A stretch of DNA of 64,000 bases from NCBI RefSeq assembly GCF_000150275.1, contig NW_002060957.1, forward strand, positions 699,825 through 763,824, written 5' to 3'. Both the position numbers and the translations under genes were made by a program. This DNA is from Trichoplax adhaerens. Its lineage: Eukaryota; Animalia; Placozoa. Below are positions 1 through 16,562 of this stretch, piece by piece (position 1 is the stretch's first letter; each line of letters starts with the position of its first letter). Under the pieces are notes generated by a model that was not told the origin of the DNA, did no database searches, and was given only the letters and a program-made list of their open reading frames with translations.

Positions 1-905
1 CATTGATTTGGATATTGGTATTCTATATGTACTATAGATATTATATAGAGAATATATATATATATTATGTTTATATATAATTATGTATATAATACATAAT
101 ATTGTTATACATTATATTATATTAGTATATAATATATATATATTCTCTCTCTATATAATTATATATTATATTGTATTATATTAGTACATTATATAGTATA
201 TAGTGAAAGTTGATTGAGTAGGCTATAACTTGATTCAGTTGGGCCAAGAATGTGCAGACTAGTTCATTCTCTTTCTAGTCTTTCGACCACCATTGCAATA
301 TTATCATTGATTTGGTATATTGGTATTCTATATGTACTATATATATATAATTATATATTATATTATATTAGTATGCTATGTTAGTATATTATATAGTTTA
401 TACTGAATGTTGATTGAGTAGACTATAACTTGATTCAGTTGGGCCAAGAATGTGCAGGCTTATTCATTCTTTTTACGATCATTGGACCACCATTGCAATA
501 TTATCATTGATTTGGTATATTGGTATTCTATACGTACTATATATATATAATTATATATTATATTATATCAGTATATCATGTTAGTATATTATATAGTTTT
601 AAGTGAATGTTGATTAAGTAGACTATAACTTGATTCAGTTGGGCCAAGAATGTGCAGGCCTGTTCATTCTTTTTCCGATCATTGGACCACCATTGCAATA
701 TTATCATTGATTTGGTATATTGGTATTCTATACGTACTATACATATATAATTATATGTTATATTAGTATATTATGTTAGTATATTATGTAGTTTATAGTG
801 AATGTTGATTGAGTAGGCTATAACTTGATTCAGTTGGGCCAAGAATGTGCAGGCTTATCCATTCTTTTTCCAATCATTCGACCACCATTGCAATGTTATC
901 ATTAA
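1..905. repeat. Tandem satellite, ~200-bp unit, about 4 copies (truncated by window edge)
   Basis: TTATCATTGATTTGG recurs at 301, 501 and 701, with a variant at 896. Each unit has an AT-only (TA-rich) stretch plus a conserved block CTATAACTTGATTCAGTTGGGCCAAGAATGTGCAG. The first copy is about 305 bp. Confidence 0.95.
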
Positions 906-1567
906 TTTGCAAGTGCGAACAGAGTGGTGATGTCGTGTTGTAGCATGGACTACTCAATCAATCCAGGGATAGATTGAATAAGTAATAGTCCTTGCGATTG
1001 ATGCAGTACATTAGCCCATGACTTTACTTAGTAGCCAACTAGCATGGACTACCAGGAGAAGTGCTAACGGACTTGGAAGACTGCTGTTATCCACTTTACT
1101 GTAAGCTATCTGCGTCAGATTTGGATAGTCCAAGGTAGAAGAGAAGACTTCGTATCGTCAAGCCAGATATAAAAATCACCTTCACGATCGGACAGACAGA
1201 CCATCGACACACTTGCCGGGTGCACGCACGCTCCAAACAACAGCTAAATTAAATCTCATCAAGTCTCGGTCGCCATTTGCATCCGAGCATTCTATCTCAG
1301 GCTATTAATGGCAATTTGACTGATTTTAAATGAGAATATTGATGAACAATTGCAGCTTGTATTGGCAAGTTTAATGGAATAAACTAATAGTGGATTGGAT
1401 AGCCACATTTTCAATCACCATTTGCCCACAACAACCTATTGTCATCCTGTTGCCTTTCCATGCCTTTTTTAAAATTTGCCGGGCTTTTTTACTGCAGCTA
1501 GAGATATTTCAATTTGTCCATTTTACAACTGCAATTTTACCTAGTAAGTTGATCACAGACACCATCC

Positions 1568-4500
1568 ATGAACAACGTCATCGTTGAAGCCAACGTGAAC
1601 GCTAAATGGAGTGGCTTTAAAGAACTAGGATCGGCGTGGAAGAATTATCATTTACAAATTATCAAATTAGCGGGAAAATTATGTTGTCAATTGAAAGCCA
1701 TCCATGACGTGGAAAAAAAATTTGTGGTAACTACATCAATAAGAATGATCATAAAATTGTTCCCTTGTAGTCCATGTAGAATGTTAGTAGGAATAAACCG
1801 TCTTAGTCTATGAAGAAAGTCATTATCGATTGATCTATCTCTATCCATACTCACAGTCTGTAGACATTGCTGACATTCAAGGGATTGATTGCTATAATAT
1901 CCATTGAATTTTCAACGCGGCGTTGTCAATAATAACATGATGTTGCTGACGAAAAATATCTCCTTTTTTGCTTGTTGTTTCGCTAAAGTAATATCATATA
2001 GTGCATTCTATACTTGTACCATGTTAGTGTTGCCCATAGCGAATCTCATCCATGACGATGGCATCGACTATGGCTTGTTCGTACAGACCTGTGCATGTTT
2101 CGAAGCAAAGAGTAGTACGAGAGTGAAGACAGAGAGTAAACATCCACTATTAGCATACAGTAGACTGCCTACTAAGCGCTGCCTAAGATTAGCAAGGTGC
2201 AAGTTTCTTTCTAGTAATCTAGGCTGGATTGTTACCCTCGGATAGTGTGCTAGAACATTTACACCATGACCATGCTCTCGACTAGGCTTCATCAAGAAGA
2301 ACGGTAGCATAGATTAACACCTTCACCACTACGTCTTCCTGACATTGGGATACCTTGAATACGATCGCAATGGATCATGACAAGGACGCTTTTTCTAGTA
2401 AACCCTTGCTCAATTCCACTCGTATTCACACAATTTGACCTAATAAACTGATTAGATGAACCAATTTGCTGGCATGATATTATTTCAATCACCTTGCTGC
2501 AGTAAACGCAGACAGCAGTGGACGAACACATTCCTCGAAAATATTAGCAACTTAATACATAGCCATGAGTCAATAATAACACTGTATAAAACATAAAATG
2601 AACGCAATCGCTCGACTACATTCTACTTAAAGGGTTGCTTAAAGATTTCAAACATCAAAACTATTACGCAGTCTTGCAATTCTCAACCACATGCTTAATT
2701 CATGCCTAGAATACATCAGTGAATCGACATGTGTTGCATTTCTGTCCTATATTGCCCAATTCAATTTGCTTGTACCGGTTACATTGAAAATATCATTTCT
2801 ACTACAATCTAGTTGTCAGGCAACATCAAATCGGTGACCCACTCGGCATCTGGTTGTATTATTTCTTTACAAGATCAAAATCAAATTGTCTTACGATGCC
2901 ATTCCAAAAGTGGTCATAATGAGTTGGATAAGATTGTACACACATTACGAGATATACAAGAAGGGAAATTAAAAGGTAGGTGCCACTGTATTGATCTTCA
3001 ATATGCAACAAGAGTTGAAGTAATTTACTAATGCCATACGTGTTATTGAATCCTATCCGTAATGTAGCATGTGGCCTAATGTCCGCTCGTGAAAGGTCAA
3101 ATTGTTCAGATCTTATGAATGTTGCCAATTCGCCCAAGATGCACAACAAAGTACGTTCAACATAGACTTAGCAATTCTATCTTGGATATTCTTCTTATTG
3201 CAATCTGGTAAAAATTCTAATTCAAACAACGCATATTGATAGGCTTTAGAGTCATTCAATGATCAGTCTTTAATAACTACTACTGTATCTAAACGCAACT
3301 GGGATCGTTCAGACAGCAGCAAGATCAATCATGCTCGTCATTATTTGGTATCGTCTGCAGCGGCTAGGTAAAATGAGGCAATCATTTGTTACACTATCTT
3401 CGTATCCTGACAGTGATGCCAACTTTAAATTCTTAATTGCATTCTAATTTTGGAAAGCATTTGAAAGATCGTTAAATGTAGACTTGTTTACGGCTAAGCA
3501 TGAGCGATTGGCGTTTATGTAGATCCTCACTACTTAACGTTTGATAAAATGAATCTCTTTATTGAATTATGGGCTCAGTGATAGGTCTTCAGTGAATGCT
3601 GTTCCTGCTCAAGAAAAAAATGGAGCTACCCCACCTTCTCTCAAATTAAAGACCAAGACGAATCGGAAAGCTTTGCACTCTATCGACCAGAATATCCGTC
3701 GTAATGTATCACCGCTGGCAAGTCAAGTTGGTTTGCGCCATAGTAATCAAGGTAGTTTAAGTACTGGTTGTCTGAATAAATTCCTAACCAGCAAAAGGAA
3801 AATATTATCAGATGCGTAAGTGATCAATAAAAATCTTAAAGAACTGCATGTCTGTACATGGCAATGCTAAGAGGCTCATACAAAATAGGAATAGTAATAC
3901 TTTACTATCTTATCCTATCAACTTTTTAAGGAGAACATTTTACTCTTGTGCTATTAATTTCCCTATTGCCAACGCAATGCTAATAACATACTAGAATTAG
4001 TAGCGACGTTCTATGGAGTCGCCTATTAATTCCAAATTTTCATAATCTAATTTCTCCTGCGCTGCTTAGACGAAATCAGACTGAATCATCAACACCGAAA
4101 AAGTTTTGTAACTATCAAACTAGTTCGTACTCAGATTCGAAAATTGTTCGAAAGAATTTAAACATGGTCTGGGATAATTCTGATGCAGACAACAAAAAGT
4201 TAAAGGAAATAAAAGGGTTAGGCATGGATGTCATGACATAAGATTAACTTTAAATTAGAATGCCTAATAACGAACGGCTTATTATTTTACAAGGTTTGCG
4301 AATGTAGGGAGAACTTGCTACATGAATGCAGTATTACAAGCTCTTCTCGCTTTACATCCGTTTTTATGTGATCTTGAGAATAAGTTCCTTCAAGATGGTG
4401 CTACTGATGACTTTGTAATTAGGTACGTTCGACCTACAGCCATTTGCAGCGATTACTTATCAACGTCATTGCTAATTTCTTATCGAATTCGATGATACAG

Positions 4501-7500
4501 GATTTTAAATACCTTAGCTTCTGATAGAAAGGCATCGAAATATGTTGACCAATCAACAACTTTGACACAGCTGAAAGAGACCATTGGTAACTTTAATCAG
4601 TATTTAAAGGAATACGTGCAACAGGTTTGATTTGCAATAAAAGTCCAACAATTTATTTCTAGAACACGGTGCAATCATGCCCGTAGACTTTCTGCTGTAT
4701 CTTATTAAATAACTTAATCGCTATCATCCTTACGAAATGCTCAGGATGCTCATGAATTTCTAAGCACCTGTTTGGATAAAATCAAGGAAGAAACCAAAGA
4801 AGTAGCATTGCTTAGCGTAAAAGCTGATGTAAAAATTTATAGACTGCATATTACTATTGCTTAGCTAGCATGCTTATCAATTCTATTGATTGCTAATTTT
4901 TGCGTTCGACTATTGTTCATTTTTGATATCAGCAAGCGGATAACGTTTCCGAACTTTGTCCAGTTACTCTTAATTTTGAAAGTTTATTTATCCGTCGAAC
5001 AACTTGCAATTTGTATGTCCTAGACTTTTCTATACTAATGAACGTAACATGGAATAGTATAAATGCAGTAATTGTATTTGTATCATATTATTTTACTGAC
5101 TAGATGTCAAGGCGGTTCTAAATATAATGAGCCACATCTTATTATTAATCTTCAGCTACCGGTATTGGATTCGTAAGTAACATTTTAAGCTTACAGTATC
5201 GTATTGTATACAGTTGCTGTAATTCATTATCATATAAATAATATGAAAATATGATTGTTGCTATGCCTGCGTATGGGCATATTAGGCTAACTTCAACTAC
5301 TCCAAATGAAATTTCTTTACAAGATTTGGTTAAGAGCGCGTTTGAGGTATTATTTGATATCGCTTGTCCTCATTAATTTACCTACAGTACGATGTAATTT
5401 TTACTCAATATGATTAAACCACTTGAAAAGGATGAACAAGTAAGTTGCACATGTGATTTATGTAAGCGAAATTGTACCACAAAATGGTCATACAGATGGA
5501 AGAAATTGCCAAGGTAATTTACAATCCCATCCAATGCACATTGTGTACGTTGAAATGAATTTTTTTAAGTGATGTAATCATACTCTACAGTTGATCAAGC
5601 TTTTGCAAAATAGTATTACCTGCAATTAAAACAGTGTCGTTAGACTACATAGGTTGTGATATTCTTTAATTGTTTACTCGAAATCAGTATCCTCACCTAC
5701 TAAGGGTGTCATTATAAATGCGCGAAAACTGGATTGTTTATGCCTACGTAGCTATTTAATATCAGCTCGCGGTACAAAATAGATCAATGTAGTTATTTGG
5801 ATCAGGTCATTATACCAATTTAGCAACTAGTGAGTCGCTTTCCTTTGAAACTTTGTAGATTGATGGAGACTAGTATACTCCATGTGATTAATATCATTAT
5901 CACCAATATAACTAGAGCAAACATTAATTTACAGGATCCTAATTTTACATCTAAAAAGATATGAATACAACAAGAGTTATAGTATGTATAGGAAGAGAAA
6001 CGATTCCGTTGCTATTTCTAGGTATCTTTCTGTTGGTAAGTCTAAAACAAGACATTTAATAAAATCAAATCATTGGTAGTATTTTTTTGTTAGTTTATTG
6101 CTAATTCAAGGACAAAATCTGATACTATTCAATGTTCGATATAAGATAACGAAATTTAGAAGTGATAGTATATCCTTATGTGATGTAATACTTGATACAG
6201 ACGTGCACTTTTCAAGTGATCTTTATCAATTTTACACCAACAGAACCATTTTGTGATGAAAATCCGAACATCTTTACTGTACAGAAAGCTTCTTCCGAAT
6301 TGGCTGTTATGAGGTATTACGACGAGCTATCGATGCCAAACTAACTCAATACAATACAATCTGATCAATGATGATATTAAACTATGTATATTTGAATTGG
6401 TTGACATCAAGCTCTGGGTCGAATTATTGTATTTAAACTATTGAAATATTCTAACTAGGAAGAGCATGGTGGCTATGGATAACCAGCCATCCGTTCGAAG
6501 ACAACTTAATTTGGAGAACGAGTTACCTCCTGACACGTTAGTATCTTTACTTTTTGAGGATCATTGACTTCTTTAACGGTTATTGTGTGTGCACTAAATT
6601 GTAAAGTAATTTTTGTCGTTGATTACTATTATTGCTTAAGTGAACTGAGGTGAGATTAATGGAGTATTTAATGGTTTAGGGCTAATGGTAATACCAATTT
6701 GGGGCAAGATGGTAACCTTCAATCAAACGAGCATCAAGTAAATATGGTGATTTTTTTGCATTTAAAAATTTTTCATTTCTGCTGCTTCTGTGTGCCTTTA
6801 TTATCACGTTTAATTTTATGATGTGGTGATGTGTGCATATCTAATGGTCATTGTGAATATCTTTTTAAGGTGAAGAAAAATTCCGAACCAGTAAAGACAG
6901 AAAACGTTATGTCAAAGTTTAATTATAATTATCGATTCATGGGCGTTATAAGTCACAAGGGGCAATCAGTGTCTGACGGTTGGGATATAATTTTTGATTA
7001 GACGACGTATGTTCAGGGTATTCATCCATAAACTAATAGAACGGCTACTTTGAATGATTATGGATTAGGTCACTATATTTGCGACGTCTTTGATCACTAT
7101 AATTCAAAGTGGATTTCTTGCGATGACTCGATTCAGGATGAGGTCTGTTGTTATTTTTTGATAGTGAAGTATGCCTAAATATAGAAATCTTACTTAACGT
7201 AGGAAGATGACAATATTTGGTTATATTAATAATTGATGTATAATACTACTTTGTACGCGTATATACAGTTCATTAATATTCCTGTACTATGTTATTGTAC
7301 GCATATATGCTGCGTCTACTTTTCCATTCTATTGAAATGGCAATTATTTGTTTGTAAAGTAAAATCGTAGCGCATTAGTTAATGCTTTAAACTCTCTTAA
7401 GTTAGACATAAAAATCGTTTTAATGGTTGTACATATTAACTTTATTGCAGACTACTGAGAGTGCTGTTATCAATGAGAGGAGAAGAATAGGCTGTATCTT

Positions 7501-7531
7501 TTTCTATACGGCTTGGCTTGATGACTTGTAG
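1568..7531 (+). CDS. USP37: Ubiquitin-specific protease, USP37/USP26/USP29 family (multi-exon)
   Basis: Exon 1568-1726 splices to the exon at 2813 (LSGNIKSV, cf. USP37 PH-like domain LSHNIKNV). Cys box GFANVGRTCYMNAVLQALL at ~4294, QQ|DAHEFL at ~4620-4760, His box GVISHKGQSVSDG|HYICDVFD...WISCDDS at 6940-7130. Terminal exon ...IGCIFFYTAWLDDL*. Traced introns are GT-AG. The start exon is less certain. Confidence 0.85.
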
Positions 7532-9536
7532 TCAAGTGGTTAGATGATGAATCCTGTAACTTTATGGCAGTAGTAAAGACATCTTAAATGACTAAGGAAG
7601 TCAATTCTTTGTCATTGACATTCAGTTGTTGGATCTGACAAATATAAGCAATGTGTAAATACTGTAGTCAGCGATCTAATACGCCACTACCTCGTATATT
7701 AATTATCGATCGATTGGTGCTAGCTTCAATGTTACAACTATACGACATGTCTTGTCGCTATTTTCTTATTCAACCGCGACTCCATATTGACTTTAAAGTC
7801 GTCTGCTATATCAAATAGTGTATTGCTGATAAAAGCTGTTTAATACAATTTATGGATAAATTGGTGATATAAGATGTGGAGTGCATGCCACTCGGCTACA
7901 TCGTTTTCCCAAGGTAAAGCAAGTATTTTAAGATTTTGTAGTCCGTATTGGTTAATACCTCTTTACAATCAATCAAATCTACATGAAGTAATTCAGTATA
8001 AGGGAAAGATTGCCAGGATATCTTTGTATGTATGAAAGATGAAACTGTTTTCTAATTATACGCGTATGTTGGTATGTCCTCGTCTAGAATACGATTTTTC
8101 CGAGATATTTTATGACTAGTAATTGGATTACTGGCACTTTTAATTCTCTTTATTGCCGTAGGCTCAATTGATGTGCTCCTACGATTGTATTAAAATATAT
8201 TGATAGATCCAATGGGATCCAATATGATTAGGGTTAGAAAAGAATTGAAAAGACGTAATTGTTTCTTAATTTGATGTGAAATAAAAATTTAGAAATTTAT
8301 CGACAGTGAATAACTTGTCTCAACTTGTTGATCGATTACTAATGGTTTACCAACCACTGGCATGACTTGTATAATAGTCAGTGCTGTGCAAGCGTTCTTA
8401 TTGATACTTACTGTAGCGCATTTTAACAATTTAAATAAGCCACCTTAGCTTGTTGGCGTGATCCCCCAATTTTTCCTAGTTTCTGTTGTTGAGTGAGAAA
8501 ATACGACATATATCGAAGGTGATGCATGTCTTTCAAATTTACACGGTAAAAATACTGGTATGTCATTCTTGACTCAGTAAACTGCGTAGTCGTTTATCTT
8601 GTTATTAAAGTGCTGCATTGGTGCTGCAATTATGCCAATTGTATCCCTCTTCCATTTCACACTGTTTCATGCTTGTATACCTTTATTTTTAGGAAATAGG
8701 TTAGTACCAAGTCCTTCATAAGACGAATTAACACCGTGAGTAAGCGCATAGTGCTAGTACGATACTAGCTACATGTATACTTTATTTATTCGTCATCGTT
8801 GGCGATCAATATTATAACATTGTATGCCTAGACTGCATGCTCAATGCACCGATCAATAATTATGATGATTGATTGACTAGAACAGTATAATATCATGTTA
8901 TTCGTATTTTTAAAGTTTATACATGCTTGTACATGTTTTCATTACGTACTCCTTGAAAAGGATTTCGTTGTACTTTATCAATCGATCGCTCTACAAATAA
9001 CCTGTAACACATGCACAATCCTGTTTGGCGTTTGCAGGCATACCGAATATAGGAAGGGCCATGCTATGGCTTTGAAAATTTCAATCACTTATTGAAGTAC
9101 TGTATATCTAGTGTAAATGCAATTATGCATGCCTAGAGTGGGAACCAAAGCATGGACAGGTGTAAGTACAGCATGCATAATTTAGTCAAAAGCATCGGAT
9201 AGATTGCTTGCCTGGGTTAAGGGAGAAACGTTTCTCTGTAAGCTATATCATGGACTTTTCGCACTATCTTCCAGTAGGATATTTGGAGAAGTCTATGGCC
9301 AATTGGCCATACATATTGTACTGGTAAATGTCCATTGTACGTATATATGTTATATATGTAGAACATATGTGTCAACTGTTTACATATTGCAATGTCCGAA
9401 CATCGGTAGTGGGTCATTACACTGACTATGATGGACCAATTTCCCATGAATTGCGCTTTATTCTGCCTTACTATGTCGTAGGAAATACTTAAAATCACCT
9501 TTAATCAATGACTATTTCTTCTTTTCAAATCCTATC

Positions 9537-9889
9537 ATCAGCCAGTTGAATGCTGTACATTAGAGGCTTTCTGTTACAGTCAACTAGTCATCAAAACGCC
9601 AATAGCGAAGGATGGCAGTGAAAAGAGAGGAAAAGCAGGGAGACAAGGACCACTCTAGGATTTTTTCTCCCCTGACATCTCCCTTTATAAAATACTTTAT
9701 TTTAGTATAGGGATCAGCCAGTTGAAAGCTGTACACTAGAGGCTTTCTGTTACCGTCAACTAGTCATCAAAACGCCAATAGCGAAGAATGGTAGTGAAAA
9801 GAGAGGAAAAGCAGGGAGACAAGGACCACTCTAGGATTTTTTCTCCCCTTACATCTCCCTCTATAAAATACTTTTATTTTAGTATAGGG
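9537..9889. repeat. Direct tandem duplication, 2 x ~176 bp
   Basis: ATCAGCCAGTTGAA...TTTTAGTATAGGG starts at 9537 and again at 9713, nearly identical. Confidence 0.95.
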
Positions 9890-9974
9890 AGATGACAGCG
9901 GGGGAAATTTCTTAAGCGATCCCTAGCCCCATCATCAATATCATTAATCGCAGTAATCCCCCAGTGTGTTGATA

Positions 9975-10793
9975 CAGGACATTCTAATAGTACACACTAC
10001 ACAGGTAGTGAGATCAACAAAAGGGAAGCCATTGGCATTTTTTTGGTTATTGTTAGTATAGGACATTTTAATTGTACACAGATAGTGAGATATAGAAAAG
10101 GGAAGCCATTGGCATTTTTTTGGCTATTGGTAGTACAGGACATTTTAATTGTACACAGGTACTGATATAGAACAGGGAAGCCATTGGCATTTTTTGGGTT
10201 ATTGGTAGTTCAGGACATTTTAATTGTACACAGGTACTGAGATAGAAAAGGGAAGCCATTACCATTTTTTTGGTTATTGGTAGTACAGGACATTTTAATT
10301 GTACACAGATAGTGAGATATAGAAAAGGGAAGCCATTGGCATTTTTTTTCCTTCTTGGTAGTACAGGACATTTTAATTGTACACAGGTACTAAGATAGAA
10401 AAGGGAAGCCATTACCATTTTTTTGGTTATTGGTAGTACAGGACATTTTAATTGTACACAGATAGTGAGATATAGAAAAGGGAAGCCATTGGCATTTTTT
10501 TTCCTTCTTGGTAGTACAGGACATTTTAATTGTACACAGGTACTGATATAGAACAGGGAAGCCATTGGCATTTTTGGTTATTGGTAGTACAGGTAGTGAG
10601 ATATAGAACAGGGAAGCCATTGGCATTTTTTTCCTTCTTGGTAGTACAGGACATTTTAATTGTACACAGGTACTGATATAGAACAGGGAAGCCATTGGCA
10701 TTTTTTGGGTTATTGGTAGTACAGGACATTTTAATAGTACACAGGTAGTGAGATATAGAAAAGGGAAGCCATTGGCATTTTGGGGGTTATTGG
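9975..10793. repeat. Minisatellite, 75-78 bp unit, ~11 copies
   Basis: GGACATTTTAAT anchors at 10061, 10138, 10213, 10288, 10366, 10441, 10519, 10649 and 10724. One internally deleted unit lies at ~10590 and the first unit is degenerate. Confidence 0.95.
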
Positions 10794-12598
10794 TCGTCCA
10801 GTCGTCCAGTCGCAAAACGTACTGTGGACTTTACACTGTACTCTTTACTTGACACTGCCCTGTACAGAGTACAATGTACTGTATGGACACAGTATGCAAA
10901 AGGTTTCCTTTGTAATGGACTGCAGGTGTAGCTGGCGTGCAGCTTTTTGTCTCAAGTGAACGTCACTCGCACGAGAGTCTGTCGTGGAAAACGTCACTCT
11001 CGTCGCCATCCGTCCCTGCACGTCTTTGACCATTTTCTCCATTTTTTCATTTTCACTGGGCTAAGAAATTCATTTTGTAGGACAACAACTCCTTGTCCAA
11101 AAGCTATTTTCTTCCATTCTATATCTTGCTACCAAGTTTAATGTCTCATTCTGTTTATGAATGATAGAAAATTGGCAAGAGTAGAGAGAGAGAGAACAAT
11201 TTCTTAGCGCAGGAAACAAAATTACCAATCACTCAAAGTAGTCCAATTGGTAGAAAGCGTACACTACGCCACAGGAGAAGACGACGTCCCTTTCAACACA
11301 ACTGAAGAGGAAAGCATTTTCAGTGGCAAAGCACCTGGCCGTCATTAATCCATTCCTAATTTGGGGGATTTTGTCTTTGAACTCTCATCAACAGTGAACA
11401 ATTTAGGATTAAAGCCATTTGAATGAGTGGTTGCAATCCTTTTCCCATTGAAAGTGTTGAATTGAGACCAATTGATTGATTTCAAGGCAAACAAATTATT
11501 CTTTCATGCTGTTGTAGAGTGTCAAGACCAACATTAATTATTCTTTTTTCAAGCACATTTTTATTCCTTCCAATACCAACGGCTATCAGCTTCCTTTTTC
11601 AATCAGAAGAAAGCAAAGTTGAATGAAAAAATTTTGCAACAAGACCTGGGCATTCTTGGTCAAAGAAAATTGCTACTTCATTTCAATCGAGTACATCAAT
11701 ACAAGGACATTCAGGTTGGTATCGTCGTCGTCCATGAATTGGCGTCCAGTCCACGTATACAGTATACATACAGTAGAGAGAGAGAGAGACAAATCAATAC
11801 CCAAAATGAATGAAAGATAAATGTCCTGTACAAAGTCAATCCTCCTCGACAAAAGTAGACAATCTTGTTAACACTAAGATTGCCTAACCTATTCAAATTC
11901 AATTTAATCGAGACGACCAGTACATCCATTATTTTTCTGTGATAAACGCATGGATGTCAACAGGAGAAAAATACTTTAGTGTAGACAAGCGAATGCAGTC
12001 ATCATCATCAGTCACGGATCGCGGTAACCATTGACTTGGGATGAAATATTCATTCCAGCCTGGATAGCCGGTCTTTCCTTCCATGTTATACAGTAGAAAG
12101 GAAAAGTAATACATTGAAAAATTCCCTCCACGCTTTTGTAATCGTAACCATAGATAGAATGAATACACACTATCATTAGTCAATCATTGACAATACCATC
12201 AAATACCACTGTATTCCTTCTTGCTAAAACAAGAATCAATCAATCATATTTAGTATAGTTATCTCCACATCCAATGGATTGCAACTGCACCAAATTGGAA
12301 AAAGGAGTTCAATCTCGTCTTTCTACTTGAATCCAATAGCTAGTAGCGAAATAAAATTGATCGATTAAAGCGTAACTTGTACCAGCAGGAACGCTCTTAT
12401 TCACTTTCATTATTGTAATTGTACAAGCGAGAATCAAAGCCCATCCATGCATACTAATATAGTAGCTGTTCATATCTTGATGTTACATCACTAAGCAATC
12501 AATACTGTACTAAGATACATCACCTTGACTTTAACTTTTTCTTTTCCCCACACTCAATCAACATAGAGCAAAACGAACTTGTGCTATCAGAAACGCTC

Positions 12599-15181
<2,583 letters not shown>

Positions 15182-16116
15182 AGAAATTTTTTATTTATTC
15201 AATCGCCTTACTGGTACTCCGTATCAACAAAATGTGGTAGTAATGTTGAAATGTTGCTACCAATGTACTTACTTGTATGTACTTAAGATTGTTGTGAAAT
15301 TCAGCACTTAATTTATTAAATACATTATCTATCCTCGTAGCATAATTTTCATTATAATAATCGATATGGTTGGTTATATTGAAAAACTGACCAACCTAAT
15401 AAGTATATACAGTACTGTTTCATGGCTACCATAAAGCTACAATATTTATCGGTTTGCTGTACTAATTACTATATGAAAAATATGGTAACAACAATAAACT
15501 TTCTTCTAAATGTTAAAATACGAGTGTGTACATTATAAAAATGTAAATTTTTCTTTTCGATATTGCTATCGCTAGCTAATTTTGATAGGTGCATATAGAT
15601 AAAATTCTATGGTTCTATATTAGTACTAAAGTGGTTCATGCATTGTATGATTGCGATGCTAACTTGTCTTTATTAGCAGTACTCGAGGATTTCTACTGCT
15701 AAAACGTGTCCTCTCAGTATTTTGGTAATTACAAGAAGTAAATGCTAATAGTCAGATAATGGATATTTATATTCCAACATTACAGACACTGTACTAAGAC
15801 TACTGTCAAATCGTAGACGTGGTACACTATGCAAGTATTTACCACATTGAACGTTGCACAGATAGGTATTGAAAACGTATCAATACATCTTCTTGTTAAG
15901 TTAGCGGTAATAGGGACAATGAGAAGTAAATATAGATTTTTCCATTAAAACTAATGTAAAGACCAGGCAACATTTATGTTGGCGTTGTTTTACTGCACTG
16001 TAGAAGTTAATTACTTACATGCATCATGTGTTACGAGGATTTAATGAGAAAATATTCAAAACACTTACATAAATCGTTCTCTATTAGATAGCATTATTAA
16101 ATTAAATAATTTATTC

Positions 16117-16404
16117 TGCTATACTAACATTGTATATTCAAGCCAGTGTGATACGACAATATAGACCAATAAAATTAGTTAAAATTAAACCAGGTATATA
16201 ACTTGATAGTGATCACATCATACTCTTGCATTTCTCCGCTAAGAATACCGCTGTAAATGCTGCTATACTAGCACTGTGCATTCAAGCCAGTAGTGATTCG
16301 ACAACATCGACCAATAAAACTAGTGAGAATTAAATCTGGTGTATAATTGGATAGTGATATCAATATACTCTTGCATTTCCCGCTAAAGAATACCGCTGTA
16401 AATG
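16117..16404. repeat. Diverged tandem duplication, 2 x ~144 bp
   Basis: TGCTATACTA...GAATACCGCTGTAAATG at 16117 and 16261. Confidence 0.85.
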
Positions 16405-16562
16405 TTTATGTCAGAATTGAATTCAAAATCGTTATGTAAAATAGGCTATAATATGGATATTGTGGTACTGTATACAATGTACACTGTACAGTAGACTGTT
16501 ACAAAATTATTCGCCATCGAGCTTCTACAATGGAACATAATATAAATTTTTCCAAAACTGTT

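Noticed and set aside
1140-1280. Possible first exon of a leftward gene (ATGGTCTGT...GAAG|GTGATT on the minus strand; YY1-like CGCCATTT)
   Set aside because: Too short to support, and no downstream exon is visible in the window.
1904-2531. Overlapping 80-113 aa ORFs in USP37 intron 1
   Set aside because: No recognisable motifs or consistent splice structure.
7900-9500. Exon-like fragments with splice-like signals
   Set aside because: The one tested (~8693-8735) has stops in all three frames, and no coherent gene model emerged.
9975-10793. CRISPR-like array of constant blocks with variable inserts
   Set aside because: The variable parts are only two or three recurring variants rather than unique spacers. 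There are no cas genes and the context is eukaryotic.
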